The notes: generated by a model from the sequence alone, not told the origin. A stretch of DNA of 63,130 bases, filler included, from Octopus bimaculoides (GCF_001194135.2; 7 parts of 7 records of this genome joined end to end with filler, not necessarily neighbours in it), one strand, 5' to 3'. Shown: positions 12,599-24,644, numbered from the whole stretch's first letter. Numbers and translations are program-made.

Positions 12599-14216
12599 AA
12601 TTTTTGGGTGTAATGAAAGCTCATTAGACACAAGTAAAAATATATTAAAAAAAGTGTATTCCTNNNNNNNNNNNNNNNNNNNNNNNNNNNNNNNNNNNNN
12701 NNNNNNNNNNNNNNNNNNNNNNNNNNNNNNNNNNNNNNNNNNNNNNNNNNNNNNNNNNNNNNNNNNNNNNNNNNNNNNNNNNNNNNNNNNNNNNNNNNNN
12801 TGGATCCCAAAGACTGTATCCAAATTACTCTGGCATCAAAATGCCCCAATTTTAATGTAATTCTATCAAAAATGAAACATTATTTCTCCAAAACCCTAAG
12901 TGGAAAAACTTTCTAGAAAAATCCTTTCATTTCATAATGAGGATGTTAATTTATTTTATCACATTTGTTTTATACATTTTATATTTATAATTGTATTCTT
13001 CATATAAATAAATTCAATAAACCTTTCGAATTCAAAGAATCTATGATTTTCTTCCTTTCAAATCAAGGGGGTAATGTCAGCGTAAATAAATATATTTTGG
13101 GGTGATTGGCTAAAAAAGGTCCTTGACCTCTGGTACAGACGAAGGTCAAGGACACGACAGTGCTAGTAACAGTATGGATCAAAGTCACAACAGAGCTAAT
13201 CACAGAATGAACCGCAGTCAAAGACACACAGTACCATGCTAGTAACAGAACAGACCTGCCGTGGGCAGCCTGAAGCCTGCAGGATGTTCAGCATGGCATG
13301 ACTAACGAACAATTACTATCAATTGTCTCTAGTAGTGCAGCCCACCTAATGGAGAGCTACATCTCATGCAGCCCTCTTCTCGAAAAAAGATTGCCTGTTC
13401 CTGGTTTAACACTTAGATCAAGTAAACAACACTAATATCAGATTATTTCATTCAAGGTATTTTGAAACCATAACCCAAAAGACTCCTTTCTTTGTTTCAC
13501 AAACTCCTAACAGGCTGTGCAGCTCTTTTATTGTAGCCAACATTGATGGCAAGTTGAGTTAGTAATGATTATAAGCAGGGCATAACTAAATATCCTGTAT
13601 ACATTACACAGCTGGAGTCTGTACTGCCAGCCAGAATGCATAATATACACAACCTGCAACATTATGCTTAAATTAAATTAGATCATAAGATAAACACCAT
13701 TGTTTTCTCTCTCGCTGTCTGTCTGTGTGAGTGTGTGTGTGTGTTCTATAATATTAGCTACATCTGTAACAGAAGTACTCAGCAACTGCTATCAGAGAGA
13801 GGCAGGCCAGTCCAGCAAATACAAACTGGTTTGTGAGATATTTAGCTTCTCTATAACACACACACATATCCCCCTTGGCCCACTCTATCCAAACAGTCAG
13901 TAAAGACAACATTGCAATAGCTACAGTACCCAAGAGGCAGGCTCATTTACCTAATACTACCTTGAGACTAGGCTGCTTTACATGCCTTTGTACAAACCAT
14001 TACACTGGACCTCATCTTGCAATAAAAGCATTTGCATCTACTACAAATTACACCCTACCACCTTTAAAAAAAAAAAAGACAGAATATGTTAATGCAGTCC
14101 TACATACATAACATCTGGGTGAGAGAAGCAAAGATGATCATAGTTGGAACGTCTGATCAATAAGGGTGTTCTTCCAAGATTGACCTGGGAGTTAAACACC
14201 AACAAAACATCAAGAC

Positions 14217-14558
14217 CAGGAGTTCTCAACCATTTTTTTATCTATGGACTCCTTAGATTGCTGTTTTATTCTGGTGGACCCACTACAGCTATTCGATGTC
14301 TAAAATGAAGTTTTATAGCAGGTTCTTTCTAAATTCCCATTTTGTTTTTCACACATTAATTTGTGTAGGTAAATTATAAGAGAAACAAACCTAGCTGTTT
14401 CATGAAATACATACCAATACATACATCTAAAGCAAAATTTTATCAGGGCCCATTAAAATAATATTGTACATCCCCTATTTATTATTTTGTTGCGTGGACC
14501 CTACCAAAATCTTATATGGACCTTCAGGAGTCATACAGACCCCGGTTGAGAACCTCTG
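14217..14558. mobile_element. hAT (Charlie-like) MITE
   Basis: TIRs CAGGAGTTCTCAACC / GGTTGAGAACCTCTG. The 8-bp TSD is ATCAAGAC (14209-14216) vs ATCTAGAC (14559-14566), 7/8 identical, and matches the NTCTAGAN target typical of Charlie-type hATs. Confidence 0.85.
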
Positions 14559-14689
14559 ATCTAGACTGTATAGCATCAAGGCCAAGCAACGTTTGCTTCA
14601 AGTTGGTGCATTTTAACAATCTCTGCTGTAGTCACCATTTTCTGATTTTCCAGTTGAAGGTTCCACAGGTAGAGGCAAGGCTGTGGGCT

Positions 14690-14975
14690 TAAGAGCTGCA
14701 AGTGCAAGGGTCTTCTACTATGACCTCAGGCTGACCAACGCCTTGTGAGTGAATTTGGTAAACAGAAATTGTGTAAACCCTACGTGCATGCGTGCTTTCC
14801 ACCCTCCCACCGTGTCGACATATGGTGCTGGTTTATCTGTTTACGTCTCGGTAACTTAGTAGTTCAGTAAAAGAGACCGACAGAATAAGTACTAGGTTTA
14901 AAAATAAGCACCGAGGTCGATTTGTTTGACTAAATACGTTAAGGTAATGCCCCAGCATGGCCGCAGTCCAATGAG
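14690..14975 (+). mobile_element. Decayed CORE-type SINE (family A)
   Basis: Shares GCCTTGTGAGTG.ATTTGGTA, AGAATAAGTACTAGG.TT and CCCCAGCATGGCCGCAGTC with the reverse complement of the full copy at 60034-60431. Confidence 0.75.
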
Positions 14976-16581
14976 AGAAAAACTGTGCAGTAGACTGCCA
15001 CAGACGTGTGTAATCTATATCTGATCTACGCACAAGATAGCGAGAAAATCGATAAACGAGTAAATCCTTTCAACCAAAAATACCTCACGCACTAAACATC
15101 AAAGCAATCGTATATTTTAAAATAATTAATTAATATCTAATGACCAAAGAAATAAGGACAAAATCAGTAAAATAATGTATCTGTTGTTAATTAAAACATG
15201 TTTTGAAATTGTAGTAATTTACTCCAGAATGAAATATATCACATACTATTTATCGAAATAATGTTTATTTAATAATTATTCATCAACAAATAAACCATTA
15301 TTAAAATTAATCATTTTAATTAACACTATATTCCTTCCGTTTTTATCTTCGGTAATATTTTTCCAGTGAACGTCACGCAGCTGTCGTTTGTTCAAGGGAG
15401 GCAACTCATGTTAAATCTAATGAGTGGTGTCCCATAGACCATAAAGATATATTTCTCATCGTTGAGATATAAACCACTCGTATGTATTTATTTAGAACAG
15501 ACTGTGAAACGGAAAACTTGAAATTTTGTTTTGACACATGGAATGAGTCAACATGGTTACATGTCAGCACAAGTACACCACCGATTATCATGCAACTGAC
15601 AATGTGACACCTACTTTTTAACCTGGACAAACTACGATAGAGAACCTGAAGTTCCTGCAGCGGCCAGTTCAGTTCACTGCGTGAACGAACACTGGCCGTG
15701 TTGTATGTACCGTGTGTTTTACACGCACCATTTACACTTGTACTCGTCATAGGTGATACCAAAATTTTCAGAGATATACTCAACTCATTTAGCTTAACGT
15801 AACCCTTAGCTAGGGTTTACTACAAATGAGAGAACTGGGAGCGTCAGCGGTAGCATTAAACATGAACATCAATCTATAACGATCCCAGGTAAAGTGAAAC
15901 CGCTGGAAGAAAAAAATCTGGTGTTTTGGTATGTGAGAGATGTGATTGATATCTTTCCTTATTGGATGTGTATAATTAGTTGGATAGACGTGTGCTGAGA
16001 AATTGTTTATTACGTGACTGCGGGTGATCAGGCAAAACGGTTAACCTGTAAAGTTTTTGGAACCAAGACTAATTGGAAAATCGGTGGTGTGTCTATAATT
16101 ATAATAAAATTGTATCGATCCTAGTAAGGGCACTTTCCCGATCAAGAGTTGGGACTTGTATCAATACGCTATTCTGAAAAAGTTTTAACGGGAGCGAACG
16201 AGCGAGAGTGGGTGGGGACAGAGAGAGACAGACAGACAGAGAGAGAGAGACAGAGAGAGAGAGACAGAGAGAGACAGACAGACAGAGAGAGACAAACAGA
16301 GACAGACAGACAGAGAACCGGATCGCGGTTAACATTTTCAAACATACATACTATCACGAACATAAACAATAACACGAACATTAATTACTCTTATCTCGTA
16401 TGCAAATTCATTAATAAGTCCGATACTATCAAAACACTTTTCCTTGCAAGCAAAATAAATATTTTTAAACAAATCAGCCCAGTCACTATTCTCATGAGTT
16501 TCCAATAGTTACTGTTGACATTGTTGGTGCAAATGATCATTATTAAAATACACCTGTATTTTAAAATATGCTACGTTTAAC

Positions 16582-16720
16582 ACACCGCCATCTATAATAG
16601 TAAACGTGAAATTCTGTCTGACCGTCCGTCCGTCCGTCAGGGACCCCTGTATCTCAGTCTATATTTACTCTACAAAGACATATACCCTTTTTGGAATCAG
16701 GATGATCCCAGGATTAAAAA
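16582..16720 (+). mobile_element. Possible 5' end of a non-autonomous Helitron
   Basis: A|TCTATAATAGTAAA start followed by a short (TCTG/TCCG)n microsatellite, a layout common at 5' ends of animal non-autonomous Helitrons. No 3' hairpin/CTRR end was found. Confidence 0.35.
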
Positions 16721-18404
16721 TCTTGAACATCCAGCTAGTATACTATAATTTTATATCAACTTACAGACTTTATCATCACTATATCAGCAAGTACAGTGAT
16801 GTCTATGCTTCAATGAGGAGGCTTAATAAGACAGAAACATGTCTGGAGTTGTCTTCTGGACTCACAAAAGTAATTAAAATATCAGTCATTGAACTAATGT
16901 GGTTTTTATATTTGCCATGTAATTTATTTTTCTTTTAATCAGATTTTAGATACTGTACTAATTAAATATACTAAATACCAACTTAACAAATATTGGCTGC
17001 ACAACATTACATTTTATTTTGTGGGAGGTGTATGGAATAAACCATTACGATAGATATAAAAATTAAACAGTACCAATAAAATGTAAGCTGAACAAAGTCT
17101 TGGGGTACCTGTGTGTGTGTATGTGTGTGAAAAAGCGAGAGACAGACGGACAGAGATCATTATCATAATCATTGTTATCATTTGTAAGACAAAATTCAAC
17201 GGAAGGGAATGCCTTGAGGTACAAAAGATTGAGTATCGCTAATTTACATGGATCACCCAACGTGCAAGAAAAAGTAGCCAAACCTCTCTTAAACAACAAC
17301 CAAATGCCCTAAGAAAAGAAAAGAAGAAGAGGGAGGGAGGGAGGGAGAAAGAAAGAAAGAANNNNNNNNNNNNNNNNNNNNNNNNNNNNNNNNNNNNNGA
17401 AAATGATGCACAAGATTGCACAAGGTATTTTGTTTATAAAAAAAAGTCTTAGAAAAGGAAACATTGGATATATACTATGGAATATGTACTATTAGACAAT
17501 AATCAAGATGACCATGGTCTGAATTCCTTTGACCATAGGTCTACATAATAGGGACTGACCAGTAACTAAAGAACAAGGTCCAGTCGATTGAGCTGGAAAC
17601 ATCCATGTTTGAAAGAGAGGAGCCAAGCTGGTTGTAATGGTTTTGGCAATAATAGAAACACTAATTAGTAGAAATAAGATTGTTATTTTATAATTAATTA
17701 TAAACACAGCCAATTGTTAAGAATCACAGCCAAGATGATTAACTAATAATTAGTTTTTCCTTCTTTATCTTAAATTTCAACTTCACACAAGAAAAGGGGT
17801 TACCTGGCAGATAAATACTGAATTGGGGAGAGACAGTGGGAGGGGTGAGGAGAATATTTAATGTGAAAAGGAAAGAAATTTCATCATAGAAATAGTCAGA
17901 AAAATAACAAAAACCTCAGTCAAGTTTTATTTAATTATTTCAGTTGAAAGACTAGATTTCCCACCACCAAATCTCAGGGCTGTATTAGAATACAAATAAT
18001 CAGGATGACCATGGTCTGAATTCCTGATGACCAAGGTGCTGTGGGACCGATCTGATGACCACATAGCTGGGAAACAAGTTGCTTATCTATTACAGCTGTG
18101 TACGTGTGGGGAGAGGAGAGAGTGTGTGTTTCCACAAAAAAAACTTACATTTCATTTTAGAAGCTCTGAGGAAGCTATAAGGTGATGCACAACCACCAAG
18201 CTCTGAGTGCTCGTGCATCTTAAACAGCAGAAACAGTTGTAAGCTAATGAAGTTTATTGAATAAGTTTCTCTTCCTTAGTCATTTATTTAATTTCATATT
18301 ATGTTCTGTACTCAGCCAACAAATTATTCTGAAGTATATAGATACTGAGTTTTAACACCAGGTTAGTAGTATCGGTATACCTAAGCAAAATATTTTCAAT
18401 CTAT

Positions 18405-18470
18405 ATACCATAAAAACCTGTGTAATTTACACAGGTGATTTTCAGGATAAAAATGTTAAAAAAAGGTTCT
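18405..18470 (+). mobile_element. Possible pogo/Tigger-like MITE left end
   Basis: TATACCATAAAAACCTGTGTAATTTACACAGG resembles TACCGTAAA.CC.CGTGTATAA-type TIRs and contains a 21-nt palindrome at 18416-18436. The right end was not confidently found. Confidence 0.3.
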
Positions 18471-19146
18471 ACTCATGTAAAATTCGCACCCAAAAGTTTT
18501 CAGAATTGCCGATATGGCTAGGGGGAAAAAGGTTTACAATTTGGTTCTAAGGGCATAATTTCACTTACTTATAAGATTTTATTAAATTTTCATTAAGTAA
18601 AAATAATTTCTGCTTAGCAGGTATCACATTAAAAGCTATTAAATTACAAAGTGTTTGTGTTGTTTATAATAAACTTTATTTTACAATTGTTGGCCACAAG
18701 AGATTATGTCTGATCTTTAGCATACTGCTGTATGGGTTCTAAAATCACAATCACAGGAAAAAGTGTTGACAAGAATTACCAACAAAAACAAAGCTGATAA
18801 ATATGCACAGGTGTTGCAAATTAAGTTTAATTACCAATAAATATCAGCTTGGATGACATTTTACTGAACCGAGTAAAATATGTACAATATAGCCCGGACC
18901 GTGATTACCAGCATGAACGTTAGACTTCAAAACGTACTTAACCATTTAATGGTTTTGGTAAATTTATACAGAAAAAGTAAGCAATATACCATCCAGCATA
19001 AATAGAAGTCAACTTCATAATATTTCAGCCCTTATTTTTTTCTGTGAAAATCTATTCTGAGTCAACTCAGCATACACATGACAGGCTTTCATACAACTTC
19101 CATCTAATAAATATACTTGCATGCTTTCAGTCAATCCAGATCTGTA

Positions 19147-19345
19147 ATCCTTTCTACTATAGACACAAGGCCTGAAATTTTTACATCGACCCCAGTGCTC
19201 CACTGGTACTTATTTTATCAATCCCGTAAGGATAAAAAGGCAAAGTCAACTCTAGCAGAATTTGAACTCAGAACACAGTGACAGGCCAAATACCACTAAG
19301 TATTTCATCCGGTGTGCTAACAATTCTGCCAGTTTGCTGCCTTAT
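19147..19345 (-). mobile_element. Family B (Meta-type) SINE, CpG-decayed
   Basis: Reverse complement of the unit in the 9721-11757 array (GGCAAAGTCAACTCTAGCAGAATTTGAACTCAGAAC). Confidence 0.85.
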
Positions 19346-19525
19346 CTGGAGCTATAATAATTACACTTGCCCAAGGTCCCACACATTGGGACTGAACCCA
19401 AAGCCACATGTTCAAGAAACTAACTTTTTAACCACACAGCCACCTGTGTTTCTTTACATCAAACAACAACTTGACTACTCAGAAGAAACACTTGACTAAC
19501 ACTGGGGCAATGAAACGGGCTCCAC

Positions 19526-19558
<33 letters not shown>

Positions 19559-20444
19559 AGGGAGTGCTCCAGCATGGCCGCAGCAATTCAGTGACTAGCA
19601 TCATCGAGAAACAAAAGAAGTGAAAGAACATGAAGCATTTCGATGAAGCATATTCAATTCACCTCTGCAAACGAAAACTTATAAGTTAACAAAATTTTCT
19701 CGTTTAAAATTAATTGATGGAACACTAATTATATTTTAACAGTAAATTTCAATTGCAGACACAAACATTCTATTATTATTGGAGACGTGCAAACAGATAC
19801 CATCATTATTATTATTATCATTATTATTATTATTATTATGATAGCATAATTGTTGTTGATGTTGCTGTTGTAAATAGTTGCTTGTTGCCGTGACAACTGA
19901 TGGCATATAACATGCTAAGTTGCATTCAGTAATTACAGCATCACTTTAAATAGCTATCAATATCTGTCTGTGAGTGTGTACTTGAATTGATTGGCATGCG
20001 TATAGGCAACTAAGTGTGTGTGTGTGTGTGTGTGTGCATGAACGCATGCTTTTCAAAGTGTGCGAAATTGTGAGAAGTGTGTTTACAACAAATTAGAAGA
20101 TGCCTCCCCAACTACCACCCAACCAACCATCCATCCACCATGGATTGATTTCAATACAATTTGAAGAAGGATCCTCCCCTTCACCAACACCACCTATTAT
20201 ATACACTGGTTTTCATCCCACTCCCACCCCCATCGTTTTATATTAGTGTTGTTCAGGTAAAGTACAAGATGAAGATGATGATGATGATGATGATGATGAA
20301 GATCTCCAAAACTACTCTAGGAATAAAGACAAACCATATTTTTAATTTCTCTACAGAGAGGAATTCCACTACAGAACCAAAAGTTTGCAACAGTCAAAAA
20401 TCTCTTTAGGACACCCTGGCATTCTGAATTGAAACCCCACAGCA

Positions 20445-20590
20445 ACTGACCAGAGTTAATGTATTCCTATAATTAATTTTATCGACCCCACCAAAGGGAT
20501 GAAAGGCAAAGTGGACCTCAGCAGAATTTGACCTCAGAACATAAAGACAAGCTAAATGCCGTGCAAAAAATTTTGCCTGGCTCACTCCTC
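20445..20590 (-). mobile_element. Family B SINE fragment
   Basis: TTTATCGACCCCACCAAAGGGATGAAAGGCAAAGTGGACCTCAGCAGAATTTGACCTCAGAAC. Confidence 0.8.
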
Positions 20591-20719
20591 CTCCACCAAA
20601 GGGGGGAGTGAGGTGAAGGAGGAGGGGGAAGGGGGGCAAGGGCCTTCTACATTAGCCTTGGCGGTCGATCAATGCCGTGTGAGTGAAACTGAGAAAAATA
20701 AATTATTTGTAACTCCATT

Positions 20720-21030
20720 TCTATGGAGTATGTATGTCAACTAACTGAAGTTTCATGAAAGACCTTCTGTATGCAACATCCTTTCTCCTAAACTGGACAA
20801 TTCTACGTGTGTAGCTGTGTGAAAGAAAGGGATTTCAGGTTGATTTGGGGGGCTGAAGACATATGGCAATTCACAGGGATCATGTTTCACAAAGTGATCC
20901 AATCAATTCAGTGGATGACACAACTTTTGCGTCCATGCAGATCTGCAGTGAGACTGAATCATCAGTCACCTGAGAGGTCATAGATGGAGAGTCAGAAATG
21001 TCATTGACGACGAGGAAGTTCAGAGACAGC
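20720..21030 (-). mobile_element. Old non-LTR retrotransposon (CR1/L2-like) RT fragment
   Basis: Minus frame LNFLVVNDISDSPSMTSQVTDDSVSL aligns by eye with LFLI.INDL.D......FADD. Downstream frameshifted text resembles L..DLD.I..W...W...FN..K. Confidence 0.4.
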
Positions 21031-21066
21031 AATCACCATGCATGCATCCATGTATGTATGTATGTA

Positions 21067-21280
21067 TGAGAGGGTGCTTTGAAAAGTTCCTGACTGTAAG
21101 TAAAAGAAAATTACAGGAGGAACAGTTAATTATGATTTTATTGAAGTCCCCTCAGATTCACACATTTATTGTAGCAGTCCTTCAGTTTTTCTAAGCCCTG
21201 CAAAAGGACTCAGAAGGTTGGGCCTCCAACCAGGCCTTTCACGGTACCAGTAAAACCAGTAATTTTTCAGCACCCTCTTG
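21067..21280. mobile_element. Mariner-type MITE
   Basis: TIRs TGAGAGGGTGCTTTGAAAAGTTCCTG / CCAGTAATTTTTCAGCACCCTCTTG, flanked by TA on both sides. An inverted homolog lies at 27707-27931. Confidence 0.85.
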
Positions 21281-22369
21281 TATGTATGTATGAACATGCA
21301 TCTATAGGAATGTTGACATACCTCGTAAAAAAACATGTTTCTTGATATTCTCCAATAATAAAGCATTTCATAGCTCTCCACTATGAAACACTAGTTGAAT
21401 GTAAAAACAAAACCCATCACATTGGGGTGGAGGGCACACCAAAAAAAACCCCACATAAAATGTTATCTATCATCTTTTTTTGTGCCCTCCACCCCAATGT
21501 GATCATGGTGGAGAATGAGTATTGTTTTACAGCTCTTCCTATCACAAACCCCCACCTGTTTATCAAATAAAGTCTCTCTTTTTACACCGGTCTTGAAAAG
21601 TACAAAGCCATCAAATGGTTTGTTCACAGGAGAAATTACAACAACATCGCCTCTTTTACTCTAATTTTCAAATGGCACCAATGCAAAGAAAGACACACCA
21701 ACACAAGAAACTTCATGCAAATCCCATCTAACAATTCTCCTGAACAAAGTCACTGGTCAGCCCAATGCTATAAAGAGAAGACATTCGCTCAAGGTGCCAA
21801 ACAGTGAGATAGAACTCACAACCACAAAGGTACAAAACAACTGTATCCATACAGCCATGCTTATATATTTATGTAACTAACAACGGTAATAATGAAGAAG
21901 AAAAATGCATTATCTTCATATGTAGCTTTGTCTTGCATAGTAAAATTAATATCTCAGTTATGAAAACAACTATATTTCATTGAAATGTTTAAAATGTAAA
22001 TGCATAATTAAAACATTGATAAGAGTCTTAAGTAGGGAATCTTCCTTTGGATTCACTGAAAATGTTTAGCAATCTATTTATATTTTTTAACGGTTAGCTT
22101 TGTATGCTTTCATGAAGCAGAGTTGTATCATATATCTTGTTAGAATAGGCATAAACATGCACTGCTAAACAATTTAAATTTAAAAGGAAAAGCAAATACA
22201 TTTTATGTAAATGCATAAACAAATGCACCGAGATTAAGTCAAGAATTATTCTAACTTGTTTCTCCATTACTACCACAACATCCACAAAACAGAAATAGAT
22301 TAATATCATTAGGTGATGATTGAATCCAACACCTTTGTACTGAGTTCTCTACTGTTGAAATTACTCTAG

Positions 22370-22404
<35 letters not shown>

Positions 22405-22405
<1 letters not shown>

Positions 22406-22618
22406 TTAAGGTTGTGGAATAGAAGAATCATTAGAGTATTAGACAAAATACCTGGCAGCACTTGTTCCAGCTCCTTACATTCCCGATTCAAATCCCACTG
22501 GGAGCAACTTTGCTTGTCATTCCATCCAGATCAATAAAGTACCAGTCAAGTACAGGGAGTGGGGTGTCAATGATATCAGCTTGCTACCCTTTCCCTCAAA
22601 ATTGTGGGCCTTCTGCCT
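22405..22618 (+). mobile_element. Family B SINE, decayed
   Basis: GGAATAGAAGAATCATTAGAG...GATTCAAATCCCACTG...CTTTGCTTGTCATTCC...ATAAAGTACCAGTCAAG...AAAATTGTGGGCCTTCTGCCTA. Confidence 0.75.
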
Positions 22619-23079
22619 AANNNNNNNNNNNNNNNNNNNNNNNNNNNNNNNNNNNNNNNNNNNNNNNNNNNNNNNNNNNNNNNNNNNNNNNNNNNNNNNN
22701 NNNNNNNNNNNNNNNNNNNNNNNNNNNNNNNNNNNNNNNNNNNNNNNNNNNNNNNNNNNNNNNNNNNNNNNNNNNNNNNNNNNNNNNNNNNNNNNNNNNN
22801 NNNNNNNNNNNNNNNNNNNNNNNNNNNNNNNNNNNNNNNNNNNNNNNNNNNNNNNNNNNAAATGATATATGCCCATTATTATTTTTTTTTTGGGGGGGTG
22901 GGGATTAATAATAAGCATTTTACTTTTTGTGTAGGCATAAATCTAGAAGGGAATGGGTCCAACAGTTCCAGTTTTTCTTCTAGTTTGAGATCTAACTATA
23001 TTTTTCATTTTTCTTGCAACAAACAACCAAAATAGTTTCAAATCCTGCAATAGTAGTAGTAATAATAATAATAATTATA

Positions 23080-23745
23080 ATAATAAATGCCCTGATGCAG
23101 TACCAGGCAGTGGCTCTCATGGCTTCTGATCTTAACTCATTGGAAGTGTTATCATGTACATTGTTTTTTTGTCTTGGTATAGAAGATGGGCTACAGCAAA
23201 TATTCTGCTCAATACTACAGATTTGTTTGGTAGTTGCTTCACCTTAACCAGTTGAGCATGTCTCTAAGTGGCTGACAATATGTGCATCTCTGATCATAAG
23301 CAGAAGTAGTAGGGGAGCATCATAGCTATGTGTTAAGAGGAATTCTTTGGGGTTTGGATAATTCACCTTTGGAAACATGGGTGTTTTGTTCACCATTCTT
23401 AAACAACTCTTATTCAGGGACCTTTTGAGCAGGATCGGCTACTTGACCTGAAGAAAATTCTAACTGGGCCCCACCTACAAGGTCATGCACTGATAATCTT
23501 GATATGAGATCACTATGTCACACACATACAAATTCAGTGCTGAGTAGCTGAAGCAGAAATATCATTACAGCAAATATTCTGCTCAATACCACAGATTTGC
23601 TTGTCAATTACTTGACCTTAACCACTCGTGCATGTCCCTTAGTTGCTGACAATATGTGCAACACTGATCACAGGCAGGAGTAATAGGGGGAGGAATGAGT
23701 ATCATAGCTATGTGGGAAGAGTGATTCTTTGGGGTTTGAATAAAT
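23080..23745. repeat. Interspersed repeat (probable LINE 3' region, (ATT)n tail at left) with an internal direct duplication of about 175 bp
   Basis: 23189-23357 and 23566-23742 are diverged copies (TACAGCAAATATTCTGCTCAATAC.ACAGATTTG...TTCTTTGGGGTTTG.ATAA). An (AAT)n run at 23060-23086 fits a minus-strand 3' tail. The family was not determined. Confidence 0.55.
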
Positions 23746-24644
23746 GTTACAAAAGCAAAGTTTGAAGGAAATATTAACCATTTTCCTAACTTTCTAGAAA
23801 TAAGCAAAACGGAAATAAGTTGCTATCCAAGGACAAAAATTCTGTTACACAGTTCATTGAACAATACATTTGTCTTCCTCAGGTTTGAAATAACTCACAA
23901 GAATAATAAAAGCTACACAGCAATGTAGAAATTTACCGATTCAAGTAGATTATCCTGTAATCCTTTTGAAACGGAAAATAAAATTGTCAAGTTTTGCTTG
24001 ATGATAACTGGGATATTTTTTTTTAATCCTGTTTTAATTAGTAACAAATAAATGAAACTTGATAATGGTTGTTTTAACTGTGTAGCATCTTGTGTATGTT
24101 AAAAGAATGCTGAATGATGAAGAAACATAGGATGATCTAGATAAATCTATAAGCTACTGTTTTTTTTTGTTTTTTTTTTGTTGTTTTTTATGCTTTGTTT
24201 TTATTATTCCCATCTTATTTTGAATCTAAGGAAGACAGGTGTTCTGCTGAAATATTGTGCAATAAACAAAGTCAATCTGTGTACTTTTATTATTATTATT
24301 ATTATTATTATTATCATTATTATTATTATTATTCTAATATTGTTGACTGATTAAAAGAATAGCTTACAAGGTTAGTGCAGAAATAATTGTGGGTTTTTTC
24401 TTTGTTATTTTCAAAATTGGTTTCTTATTATGGAATAGACATTTGGTTTAATCAATTCACGTGATAATAAAAATATCACTTGGGAGTGCAGATTTCAGTT
24501 TACTGACTTATGTTAATGATTTTTTGCTTTCACCTTTTATTACTNNNNNNNNNNNNNNNNNNNNNNNNNNNNNNNNNNNNNNNNNNNNTTAATTAATTAA
24601 NNNNNNNNNNNNNNNNNNNNNNNNNNNNNNNNNNNNNNNNNNNN

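Noticed and set aside
15690-15699. ACTGGCCGT matching part of the M13 forward primer site
   Set aside because: A 9-nt match only, and the flanks diverge from vector sequence.
15406-15783. 125-aa minus-strand ORF MSISLKILVSP...
   Set aside because: No recognisable domain or splice context, and a length reachable by chance in GC-richer sequence.
18052-18085. CTGATGA-CCA...TGG-GAAACAAGTTG hammerhead-like string
   Set aside because: There is no stem I, and it falls in the tail of a family D repeat whose other copies lack the core, so it is judged coincidental.
20255-20343. Acidic exon-like segment KVQDEDDDDDDDDEDLQNYSRNKDKPYF*
   Set aside because: The acidic tract is a (GAT)n microsatellite, and no partner exon or family could be identified.
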